A DNA stretch of 64,000 nucleotides from Alphaproteobacteria bacterium (GTDB lineage Bacteria; Pseudomonadota; Alphaproteobacteria; MPNO01; UBA2964): positions 11,869-75,868 of the forward strand of contig WLWZ01000011.1 of the NCBI GenBank assembly GCA_012103315.1. Reading direction: 5' to 3'. Positions 18,695 through 27,699 of this stretch are shown here, piece by piece. The translations under genes were made by a program, and so were the position numbers. Every line of letters starts with the position of its first letter. The stretch's first letter is position 1. The notes under the pieces were generated by a model, which was not told the origin of the DNA, ran no database searches, and saw nothing but the letters and a program-made list of their open reading frames with translations.

Positions 18695-19480
18695 ATGAAT
18701 TGGTTAGAAGACAAGGTCGTTTTTATCACCGGCGCTGGCGAAGGCATCGGCAAGGTCGTTGTAAACCGGTTTTTGAACGAAGGTGTTGCCGGCATCGTGG
18801 CGTTTGACTTGATCGATGACCGGCTAGCGGAGCTGCAATCAACGTATGGCGATCGCATTGAGACTGTTTGCGGTGACGTTCGAAACCTCAAAGATAATGA
18901 GAAAGCAGTCGAACTAGCGGTATCCAAATTCGGCAAGCTCGATGTGTTCGTTGGGAATGCGGGTGTTCGGGATGGTCGCAAACGACTGGAAGATATGGGC
19001 GAAAAGGAACTGCATCAGGGTTTCGACGATGTCTTCGGTATCAATGTGAAGGGCTACATGATTGGAGCCGCCGCGGTACGGGAAGAACTCGTGAAAATCC
19101 GGGGCTGTATCGTCCTTACATTATCGACGTCATCTTTTTATGTTGGCAGTGGACCGATTTATACGGCCTCCAAACATGCAGCTCTTGGTCTTATGCGAGC
19201 GCTTGCGCATGAACTTGCGCCCGATATCAGGGTCAATGGTGTGGCACCTAGCGGAACACCGACGTCTTTTTCAGATGCTGACAGTTTGGTTGAGCCCGAC
19301 TCCGCTCGGACGGCAATCCGTACAGGTGGTCCGAATAGTAATATTCTGCATCGTCAGACAGAGCCAGAAGATCACGCGGCCGCTTATGTGTTGCTGGCAT
19401 CCGATCAATCTGCGGTGATGACGGGATCGGTCATCAATAGCGATGCGGGACGCGGCGTTTCCGTCGCGTCCCAGCGTTAA
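18695..19480 (+). CDS. short-chain dehydrogenase/reductase (classical SDR, BphB / cis-diol dehydrogenase-like)
   Basis: 'VVFITGAGEGIGK' Rossmann motif, 'NAG' and 'YTASKHA' (YxxxK) catalytic motifs. It is divergent from the bicupin-EutA operon. The start is taken at MNWLED. Confidence 0.75.
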   Translation: MNWLEDKVVFITGAGEGIGKVVVNRFLNEGVAGIVAFDLIDDRLAELQSTYGDRIETVCGDVRNLKDNEKAVELAVSKFGKLDVFVGNAGVRDGRKRLEDMGEKELHQGFDDVFGINVKGYMIGAAAVREELVKIRGCIVLTLSTSSFYVGSGPIYTASKHAALGLMRALAHELAPDIRVNGVAPSGTPTSFSDADSLVEPDSARTAIRTGGPNSNILHRQTEPEDHAAAYVLLASDQSAVMTGSVINSDAGRGVSVASQR

Positions 19481-19490
19481 AAGGTCGAAC

Positions 19491-20861
19491 TCAGGCACCC
19501 CAGGGTGTGATGGCTTCTTTCAAGGAAGCATAGCCCTGCAGGAAGCCAGGTCGATCACCGTTATAGACTTCGTCAAACTTGGCGAGCGCATCATCAAGGA
19601 ACGCTTCTAGCTCCTTATTGTCTTTATTAGCATCAAGATAGGCATCGCGGATCAGGACGAAATGAATACGGGAGTCATAAGGCTGTTTCGTACCGCCGAC
19701 CCATTCATCACCATCCAATAAACGCAGCAACATGGCATCCGCTGACCCCAGCGTCTGCTCATGAATGGCAGGACCCGTCATGCGGTGCATAACAGACGTC
19801 ATGTCACGACCGTTGCCGGTGGTGTAACCCATATCAGTCCATATTTTGCGCATGTCGACGTCTTGACCGAGATGCTTGGCAACCTTGCCACCAAAAGCAC
19901 GCAACGGATCGGAAATATCAGCCATCAGATCTGTCAGGCGGTCGCCATCAAGATCGGTGGCGAGAACAATGCAGTCCTGCTGTTCAATTAGATCCCATAC
20001 CAACAAGCCATAGTTCGTGTCAGCAATATGCTGTTCGATCCGGCCACCCCAATTTTCCATGCCGTCCTTAAAGTCGGCTGGGAGGAGGGCAATGATCTTG
20101 TCGATCTCTTCCTTAAACTCATCATACGGGTCAACTGCGTATTTACGTCCTACCTCAAATTTGGTGCCTTGAAGTAACCAGCTGTGAAGACCGGCATTGA
20201 TGCCATCTTCTTGCGCCTGCGTCGGCTTGGTGGCGACGCGGCCCAAGCGGCCCGTTTCGTGGACCATTTGGAGGAATAGGCGGTTGGCGTAGGCAAGCTG
20301 GACGCCGGGGGTGTTCATTTCTGAATGCACGATGCCGGTCTCGGCGTTGACGCCAAAGACGGCCTTGTCCTGCGAATAGGGTAGACATGGCATACAGCGC
20401 ACGGCAGTGATCGGACCATAAGGGCGCACGTTGCAATATACGCCTGCTTGGGTCCGCAGCGGTGCGTTACCGGACTTACCCATCACAACGACTTTGCCGC
20501 CTTTGCCGTCATTAACGTACGCATCACCTGCCGTTGACCATTTGATGGAGATACAGGGCATGTTGCCGAACCAGGTCAGGGGTTCGAGATTATGATCATG
20601 TCGATATTGCGACCACATAGGTACTGCGTAGAAAGGCAGGCCCAACACATCGATCGCGGCCATGGTACCGATCAGCGCAAATGCATCTGTCATTGAATGA
20701 GCAACTGGCTCAACCTTGCCATCATGATTTCCACCCTGCCAGACAGCAGCGTCCGGAAAGCCTGTTGGTCGTACATCGGTGGGCTCATATAAATCGTTGA
20801 GCAGGCCAAACAGGTCTCCGCCATCGGCTTCGGTGCGGGCAATATTCATCAGATCAAGCAT
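19491..20861 (-). CDS. conserved hypothetical protein (456 aa), no recognisable family
   Basis: A long ORF with coding-like composition. It has paired Cys ('CMPCLPY') but no hydrogenase-type RxCGxC/DPCxxC motifs. It lies immediately downstream of the EndoG-like nuclease gene. Confidence 0.3.
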   Translation of the reverse strand: MLDLMNIARTEADGGDLFGLLNDLYEPTDVRPTGFPDAAVWQGGNHDGKVEPVAHSMTDAFALIGTMAAIDVLGLPFYAVPMWSQYRHDHNLEPLTWFGNMPCISIKWSTAGDAYVNDGKGGKVVVMGKSGNAPLRTQAGVYCNVRPYGPITAVRCMPCLPYSQDKAVFGVNAETGIVHSEMNTPGVQLAYANRLFLQMVHETGRLGRVATKPTQAQEDGINAGLHSWLLQGTKFEVGRKYAVDPYDEFKEEIDKIIALLPADFKDGMENWGGRIEQHIADTNYGLLVWDLIEQQDCIVLATDLDGDRLTDLMADISDPLRAFGGKVAKHLGQDVDMRKIWTDMGYTTGNGRDMTSVMHRMTGPAIHEQTLGSADAMLLRLLDGDEWVGGTKQPYDSRIHFVLIRDAYLDANKDNKELEAFLDDALAKFDEVYNGDRPGFLQGYASLKEAITPWGA

Positions 20862-21001
20862 AGGTGCCTCTTCAAATTGGTAAGTCAGTCAGAACACGGG
20901 AGCAAGAAGCACCCGCCCTAAAATTTCGGGCTAAACATGCTGATTTGGAGACCAACTGTAAAGAGCCAGTTGACGATAAAATTTAGGGAGGAACCCTGGT
21001 G

Positions 21002-21754
21002 CTAAATCTTCCACATGGCGCGAACGCGCTTCTTCTCACTAGCGACTTTTCGGCCGCGTAACCGTTCCCAGAGTATGATTCCGGCGTAATTCTCGACCTT
21101 CGTCGCAGGCACGCGAAAATCCGCCAGTTTCTTGTGGGTTTCCTCATTCGGAAGAATGAAGGACCACATGTTCAATGCGCCTCTGTTATTTTCCGTCAGG
21201 ATAGATTTAAAATAGCGATGCGGTATTGGGATGCTAACGCCATTTTTATCCGTAGAGCCAATAACCTTAATCGATTTACCAAAATCGAAAATTGGCCCTG
21301 ATATGACATAGGTTTCAAATATCTTCGGATCGCTATCCAGTTCCCGTACCGCGCTTTCGTGGTCCTTCCAAATTGCCCGGTTAAATTTTGGCTTTTGTGG
21401 AGACATATTGGAAAGCAGGAAAGTTTCGCTGTTCTGCATCTCGCCTTCGCGCTGGTTAGCACTCGATACTAAGTGGCCGCGGTCATGACCCGACCCTTTG
21501 TAATCAACCAGGTCTGCGCGAAAAGCTTGGGGTATACGAAAGTCAGAGCGGAAATTATCAAGCCGCTCGACAGCTTCCTCGCCTTCGTCGATGCGCCCGA
21601 CAATTTCGAGAGCCCATTTAGCCTGTCGAAAATAATAGGAATAACCAATCGTGAAGTAGCGATTGACCATGATCTGGTCGGCGGCCGGGGCTCCGTATCG
21701 AGCTTCCCGGCAATGGCTCAGTAGCTCCGTCATGACAAACGCCCCGTTATTCAA
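21002..21754 (-). CDS. DNA/RNA non-specific endonuclease (EndoG / Serratia nuclease family), apparently cytoplasmic
   Basis: Active-site block 'SGHDRGHLVSSANQ' (the DRGH motif). There is a downstream Asn/Glu metal site region. No signal peptide is visible at either candidate start (MNNGAF... or MTELL...). Confidence 0.7.
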   Translation of the reverse strand: MNNGAFVMTELLSHCREARYGAPAADQIMVNRYFTIGYSYYFRQAKWALEIVGRIDEGEEAVERLDNFRSDFRIPQAFRADLVDYKGSGHDRGHLVSSANQREGEMQNSETFLLSNMSPQKPKFNRAIWKDHESAVRELDSDPKIFETYVISGPIFDFGKSIKVIGSTDKNGVSIPIPHRYFKSILTENNRGALNMWSFILPNEETHKKLADFRVPATKVENYAGIILWERLRGRKVASEKKRVRAMWKI

Positions 21755-21816
21755 TGTGTTGATAGGTATGGTATTCCCGTATTGTTTGCATCATCAAGCG
21801 GCGGGTTAGAAATTTT

Positions 21817-23045
21817 TTATACTTGAAAGCGGTTTGGCTTGAAGGGGGCGTCGTCAACGACTGGCGTTTTGTTTTCAAATAAATCCGCGAGAAGCTCTGC
21901 ACTTGCGGCCGACGTTGAGAGACCGTTGTGCTGGTGGCCAAAATTAAACCATAGCCCTTGATGTTGGGGGGCAGCGCCAATCATTGGAAGGCTATCGACC
22001 AAGGTCGGGCGGCGGCCCATCCAAGGCGTGTCTTCTACCTTGTCGCCAAGCGATGTGGCTTGCCGTGCGGAGCGGATAGATTGTTCAACTTGGCGATCAT
22101 TTAGAGGCGCATCCCGATCAGTGAGCTCTACGCCAGATGTAACCCGGACTCCTTGCTGCTGTGGGGTCATGACATATCCCGCGTCGACATCATGAACGGC
22201 TCTTTGCAGGGCTGGGCCCGTTCCCAGGCCATCGGTATTTTGTAGCCAAGACCCTTGGCAATTTCTGCAGACCAAGGTCCGGCTGCGAGGACAACCGCGT
22301 CGCTTGATATTAGCTCACCGTCTGTTAACTGAACTTCCCAAGTGGCGGATTTCTGTATCTTCTTAGCCGCACCGAGAATGACCTGTCCGCCCGCTTCGAT
22401 GAATATGGAGAGATAGGCATCGCAAAGGGCTGCCGGGCTGGAAACGCTACAGGCATTATGAAGAAGAACACCGTGGCGAAATATTGGGTTTAGCGCGGGC
22501 TCCAGCTGTCTGAGTTCCTCTTCTGAATATTTTGTATGTCCAACGCCGGTCTTCTCAAACACCTTGAGTTCCATACCATAGGCCTGATAGCTCGTGTCAC
22601 TGCGGAAGACCTTAAGCCACCCTGTTTTGCGCAATAATGAGTCGGCTCCGGAATCGGAAATAAGACCCAGATGGAGTTGCAACGAATGAGCTTGCAAGGC
22701 ACGCAATGCCCAGCTGCTATGGTCTAGATGTTGATCAGTGCAATAGCTTAGAAAGCGCGTGACCCAGGGCAACCGCTTGATAACAAACCAAAGGCTGTAG
22801 TTGAGCGCATTGCTCTTTTTCAGAATGAGCTTTGGGAGGCGCTTTCGGAGACCCGGATTATTAGAAATAACCACAGACCCATCCGATAATACGCCGGTAT
22901 TGCCGTAGGACGTCTCACGACCGGGCTGTTTTGGATCAAGCAGCGAGACCTGATAACCGCGCCGCTGGAACTCCAGGGCGGTTGTTATCCCGACGATTCC
23001 GCCGCCAACGACCGTTATGCGTTGAGGCGACGTCACCGATTCCAA
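21817..23045 (-). pseudogene. FAD-dependent oxidoreductase (DadA / D-amino-acid dehydrogenase-like), interrupted by a 1-nt frameshift
   Basis: The N-terminal part (22167-23045) has 'RITVVGGGIVGITTALEF' (GxGxxG). The C-terminal part (21817-22275, a different frame) has the 'RP...D..P.IG...GLWFNFGHQHNGLSTSAASAELLADL' tail of the DAO family. The two frames overlap, and the switch maps to a G/C homopolymer region near 22205-22218. Confidence 0.55.
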
Positions 23046-23051
23046 TGCCGC

Positions 23052-24254
23052 TTAAACTGCGGGGCCAATTGATTGTGGTGTCTTGATTGGGCCAGTAAGC
23101 TCGCTATCAGGCAGAGCTAGAATCGAAGGCTCGTCGAAGACATCGGTCATGTTTGAGCTCACACCATTCTCGGCAATCGCTTCCAGCCATTTGCGATGGA
23201 TGCGAGGATCCTGATCTTCATATTCGACCTGGCGGCCACCTTCCTGAATTGATGTCGCGCCTTTGCCTTCTGCGCTTTTGCGGCGTAGCGCAATAAATGG
23301 ATAGCGACGGCTGCCCATGCTGCACGCCAGATAGCGCGCCGGTTGATCGCAGGTGTTGAAATGTTGATGGAACATCCAGAACGGCGGCGTGTACATAAAG
23401 CCATGTTCCCAGGGAAATTCCTTGAATTCCTGATCGCCTTCATACCACAGAAGGGTATAGCCGGTGCCGCTAACGGCATGAACATGGGTCCCGGCGGCAT
23501 GACGATGGGCCTTTTTGTAGCGGCCCATTGGTATTTCTGACGAATGGGCATGCATTGTGCTGTCGGCCAGAATAAACGAAACGTTCAACGATCCTTTGCC
23601 GCGTGAATCCATCGCGTAAAGTTTGAAGTTGGTCAGGTCATTGACGAAATTCGTTTCCCAAAGATTAGCCTCTGCAACATTGTCGCCGCGATTAACCGTG
23701 AGATGATCACCCTCGCCATCAAAATGCTTGCTGTCGCCAATCCTCTCCGGAAAATCGAAATCATTTTCGAACACAAAGCGTTCGTTATGAAATAGGTTGA
23801 TGACCAGCGGTGCGTCATTCGTGCAAGACAGACGCGCGGGCTCTTGTCCGGAGCCGTTGAATATCTGGTATTCGCAGTTCAGTGGCACTGTGAACAGAGA
23901 TTTGGGTCCCCATTCAAAGGTACGCACTTCGCCGTCGGGGTAGGTGACTGTGGTTGAGCCATAGCCTGACAGGGCATAGAAGAAGGCTTCGTAGATATGT
24001 TTGATGGGGGCAGTCTTTTTACTCGGCGCAACTTCTAAAACATAGTTTGCCATGAAGTCGCCATTGCCGTGGGTGTGCGCAAAACAGCCGCGCGCATCCC
24101 ATCGATCCCAGACATCTGTCTCAAGCGCCAGCAGGTTATGCCCGAAGTCGAGATGCATGGGTATGCCTTCACCCTTCGCCCAGTCCATATAGGGATCAAC
24201 CAGGAATTTCTTGCTTAAATCGATTTCTTCTTCGGGAGTATTTTCGTCAGACAT
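23052..24254 (-). CDS. bicupin-fold protein (gentisate-dioxygenase-like), paralogue of 17315-18541
   Basis: 'KAHRHAAGTHVHAVSGTGYT' (His-rich cupin motif 1) and 'PPFWMFHQHFN' (motif 2). The C-terminal half shares long blocks with the other paralogue. Confidence 0.45.
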   Translation of the reverse strand: MSDENTPEEEIDLSKKFLVDPYMDWAKGEGIPMHLDFGHNLLALETDVWDRWDARGCFAHTHGNGDFMANYVLEVAPSKKTAPIKHIYEAFFYALSGYGSTTVTYPDGEVRTFEWGPKSLFTVPLNCEYQIFNGSGQEPARLSCTNDAPLVINLFHNERFVFENDFDFPERIGDSKHFDGEGDHLTVNRGDNVAEANLWETNFVNDLTNFKLYAMDSRGKGSLNVSFILADSTMHAHSSEIPMGRYKKAHRHAAGTHVHAVSGTGYTLLWYEGDQEFKEFPWEHGFMYTPPFWMFHQHFNTCDQPARYLACSMGSRRYPFIALRRKSAEGKGATSIQEGGRQVEYEDQDPRIHRKWLEAIAENGVSSNMTDVFDEPSILALPDSELTGPIKTPQSIGPAV

Positions 24255-24316
24255 ACGGATCCTCTAATGAGAAGCAGGCTAAAATAATGGTGATCTTTTG
24301 GGCCGCGAAGTGCTTC

Positions 24317-24805
24317 CTAGACCAGACCTGCCCATTCTAGCAGGACGCCCGGTGGGAAGGGAAGATGCAGCAAGTGCCCGAAGACATACCAGGTGGCAAT
24401 TCCGGTCCCGAGTGGTAGGGCTATCGTCATCGCGAGTGTTTCTTTATGGCGCAGCATATAGGCCAGCACCATAACCGGGGCAGCGGTATAGAAACCGATG
24501 AGCCAAAGCAGCAAGGCGAAGCCATACATCCAGGCAAATAATTCCAGCGCACGACGTTTGCCTACTTTCGAGGACTCTTCTTCTGAAAAATCAATGTCGA
24601 CTCCGGTTTCATCCGTCTCAGTCTTGGCCGGAGGCAGGATTTCCCGGATCAGCTGGTAAACCAATAAGGCCAGCGCAATAAGACCAATGGTCCATGGGTA
24701 AAGTTTTGCCTGTAACGGCATGTCTGACGACGAAATGACGACATAGGCAAACAAGGCAATAAAGCAAAGTGTCAGCAAGGACCTGGGTTGAAATCTTAAA
24801 CTCAT
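24317..24805 (-). CDS. tctB: tripartite tricarboxylate transporter small permease TctB
   Basis: A small four-TM protein directly after tctA. The start is set to the ATG at 24805, which follows a GGAGG RBS, and is adjacent to the tctA stop. Confidence 0.65.
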   Translation of the reverse strand: MSLRFQPRSLLTLCFIALFAYVVISSSDMPLQAKLYPWTIGLIALALLVYQLIREILPPAKTETDETGVDIDFSEEESSKVGKRRALELFAWMYGFALLLWLIGFYTAAPVMVLAYMLRHKETLAMTIALPLGTGIATWYVFGHLLHLPFPPGVLLEWAGLV

Positions 24806-24806
24806 G

Positions 24807-26303
24807 TTATGCCTCCGTTTCCTGTGCCCGGAGTTTTGAATTCCGGTCCTGGAACATTGGATAGCATACGCAAACCACGAGGATCGCAAAGATGATCAAC
24901 ACACCGGGTCGTAATAGGAAGTCGGCGCCAAAGAGCTGTACTGATGTCCACATATGACGTTCAGCGATCGGGCCAAGCACAAGCCCGAGCAGAAGTGGCG
25001 GGCGCGGCCAACCCGCGGCCCGCATGAAATAGCCGATGGTTCCGAAAGCGAACATGATTATGACATCTTCGAAACGGCTGGAGGCGGCGAAGCTGCCAAT
25101 TACCGCCATTGCCAGAATGATGGGAATCATCAGGGAGGGGCGTAGCTTGGACGCCATCGCGAGTTGCCGGGTAAAGGCAAGACACAAAATCGATGTAATG
25201 ATTGTTCCGATGATCAGGAGCCAGATCATTGAGAAGGTGAGATGCAAATCTTTGGTCAGCATGTCACGTCCGGGCGTAATCCCGACGATGATCAACCCGC
25301 CAAAAATGAGCGCCAATGTGCTCGACCCTGGAATACCAAAGGCGAGGGTAGGGATTAGGGAGCCACCTTCTTTGGCATTGGTCGCTGCATCGACGGCGAT
25401 AACACCGCGAACATCACCTTTGCCAAATGTCTCGCGAGCACCTTCACAAGTTTGTTTGGCGCTACCATAAGCGAACCAGTCGGCAACCGCTGAACCGAGG
25501 CCCGGGATAATGCCAACCCAAACGCCGATCAGGCTACTGCGGAGGACGAGCCAGCGGTGGGTAAATGCATCCTTGATGCCTTGCCGCCGGCCTTTGCCAA
25601 GATCGCCCAGCGGAAGGTCAGAAATTCCTGTTCCTTTAACGCCCATATAGATCAGCTCGGGAATAGCGAACAATCCAATGGTGACCGGAATTAGTTTTAA
25701 CCCATCCAGCAAGTAAATTTGGTCGAAGGTAAAACGGTGCAGGCCGGTAATCATGTGAACACCGACCATCGAAATAACAAGCCCGAGGCCGCCTGCAATG
25801 ATGCCTTTAACGGGAGCTTTTCCGCTCAGGGCACCGACCATGGCGATACCAACCATTACCAACATAAAGAATTCAGGGGGGCCGAGTAATAGGACAAGAG
25901 GGCGTAGGATCGGGATCGCGACAAGAAGCACCATTGCGCCAATGATGCCGCCTATTGCTGAGGAGGTGAAGGCTGCGGCCAAGGCACGCGCGGCTTCACC
26001 TTTCTTGGCCATTGGATAGCCATCCATGATGGTGGCTTGCGAGCCACCACCACCCGGGACGCTGAACAGAATTGAAGTGATCGAATTGGCGGTATTGCTG
26101 ACCGCCCAGACGCTCATAATGAGGCAGATCGCTTCGAACTGATTGAGAACGAAGGCAATAGGGAGCAGTAATGCGATGGCGGTTTTACTGCCAATGCCGG
26201 GCATAGCGACCAACGTCGAACTAATGACGATACCTACCATCATCAGTAACAACGCTTTCCACTGTAGAATGCCGTAGAGGCCTTCAAGGGCAGCGTCGAT
26301 CAT
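24807..26303 (-). CDS. tctA: tripartite tricarboxylate transporter large permease TctA
   Basis: 498 aa polytopic membrane protein with the duplicated TctA fold and repeated 'G.PG..' / 'GIIPGLG' motifs. Confidence 0.8.
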   Translation of the reverse strand: MIDAALEGLYGILQWKALLLMMVGIVISSTLVAMPGIGSKTAIALLLPIAFVLNQFEAICLIMSVWAVSNTANSITSILFSVPGGGGSQATIMDGYPMAKKGEAARALAAAFTSSAIGGIIGAMVLLVAIPILRPLVLLLGPPEFFMLVMVGIAMVGALSGKAPVKGIIAGGLGLVISMVGVHMITGLHRFTFDQIYLLDGLKLIPVTIGLFAIPELIYMGVKGTGISDLPLGDLGKGRRQGIKDAFTHRWLVLRSSLIGVWVGIIPGLGSAVADWFAYGSAKQTCEGARETFGKGDVRGVIAVDAATNAKEGGSLIPTLAFGIPGSSTLALIFGGLIIVGITPGRDMLTKDLHLTFSMIWLLIIGTIITSILCLAFTRQLAMASKLRPSLMIPIILAMAVIGSFAASSRFEDVIIMFAFGTIGYFMRAAGWPRPPLLLGLVLGPIAERHMWTSVQLFGADFLLRPGVLIIFAILVVCVCYPMFQDRNSKLRAQETEA

Positions 26304-26365
26304 CGCCTTGTCTTTCCGTTAAAGGTAAAAAGGCCGCCCCATCGGGACGGCCCTTTTTGTAACGC

Positions 26366-27625
26366 CTATTTACAGTCGATCTTTGCGGCTTCTTTGCCAG
26401 GCTTTGGATAGGTGAATTTGCAGGTCATACCTACTTTGATCTTTTTACGTTTCACCTTTTTACCATTGAGTGTGACCTTGGTCCGTGAGCCCGAGACCTT
26501 GGCCATCACTTCTTTACCTTTGTAGTCGATCCAAATGCGACGGCCTTTTCTTTTGATCTTGGTGACCTTGCCGCTGTGCTTCGCGAATTTGCTCAGATCT
26601 TTTTTAGGTTTCTTGGCACCAGATTTATAAAGCGCGATGACTTTGTCAGATGCTCCTAGAATTTCAGCATTGATCTTTGTCATCAGAGCCGGTGCTGTCC
26701 AAGCAACGTTGCGCTTGGCGCGTTTGGACTCTCTCAAAAGATCTTTGTCATGCAATGCCGACTTAAAAGCTGCCCTCAATGTTTTTAGGCGGTCGGCGGG
26801 AACCCCACCTGTCGTGAAGAACGGACGACCAGCGGCCAAAGGTGCGCCGAGAAGGGCTGCGAGAGCTTTCCCTTGGCTGGACAGCTCGGTCCCAACATGG
26901 GGAACGCCCTTAAGAGCTGGATGTGGGGCGCCATTATACAAGATTGGAATTAGCCCCAATTCCTTGATCGCCTTGCTGGTGCTCTCATAGCTGTTTGCTG
27001 TGCCCTGAACATCACCGCGTTCGATGGCAAGAAAACGGTTTTGGCCACCGCTGAATCCGGAGATGATTTTGACGTTAAATCCATCTTGTTTCAAAAGGGC
27101 CGGGTATTGATAAGATCCGGAGCCGGGGCCGGTAGCTGCAAACAAAATGGTCTTTTTTGATGCTTTAAGCTGCTTGAGGCTACGGATGGGCTGGTTCTTG
27201 CCCATTACAACCAGGAAGGTTGAAGAAGCGGCACTGCCGATTGCACTCAATTTACTGAGGTCATATTTGACGCCTACGGCTTTGGTGCGCTGTGCCAGGG
27301 CCAGTTCGCGCGTGAGGATCGCGATCTCGGTACCATTCTTCTTGGCGCGGTTGGCCATATAGTTGGCAGCGACGATGCCGCCAGCGCCTGGCATATTAAT
27401 GACAATCATCTTGGGTTTGCCGGGAATAAATTTAGGCATATGGCGTGCTAAAAGACGGCCATAAAAATCGTAACCGCCGCCGGGTGCGGAACGCACGATC
27501 ATCTTAATCGTTTTGCCTTTATAGAACCCTTGAGCATTAACCGTTTGAGTATCGGCGACGCCCCAGGCCGCGATGCCAGCGATGAGGCTGCCAAGCGCGA
27601 GTGATCCTGAAAATTTCTTCATCAA
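26366..27625 (-). CDS. tctC: TctC substrate-binding protein with a ~95 aa Lys/Arg-rich C-terminal extension
   Basis: Residues 1-~320 are a normal Bug/TctC domain with a signal peptide. The remainder, 'KSGAKKPKKDLSKFAKHSGKVTKIKRKGRRIWIDYKGKEVMAKVSGSRTKVTLNGKKVKRKKIKVGMTCKFTYPKPGKEAAKIDCK', is not part of the family fold. It is the first gene of the tctCAB operon. Confidence 0.75.
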   Translation of the reverse strand: MMKKFSGSLALGSLIAGIAAWGVADTQTVNAQGFYKGKTIKMIVRSAPGGGYDFYGRLLARHMPKFIPGKPKMIVINMPGAGGIVAANYMANRAKKNGTEIAILTRELALAQRTKAVGVKYDLSKLSAIGSAASSTFLVVMGKNQPIRSLKQLKASKKTILFAATGPGSGSYQYPALLKQDGFNVKIISGFSGGQNRFLAIERGDVQGTANSYESTSKAIKELGLIPILYNGAPHPALKGVPHVGTELSSQGKALAALLGAPLAAGRPFFTTGGVPADRLKTLRAAFKSALHDKDLLRESKRAKRNVAWTAPALMTKINAEILGASDKVIALYKSGAKKPKKDLSKFAKHSGKVTKIKRKGRRIWIDYKGKEVMAKVSGSRTKVTLNGKKVKRKKIKVGMTCKFTYPKPGKEAAKIDCK

Positions 27626-27699
27626 AATTCCTCCAAGTTAGTGTTTGTATTTTTGTTCTGTAGAGACGCTAACGGAGCTTGTTGAATGTTTCAACAGGA

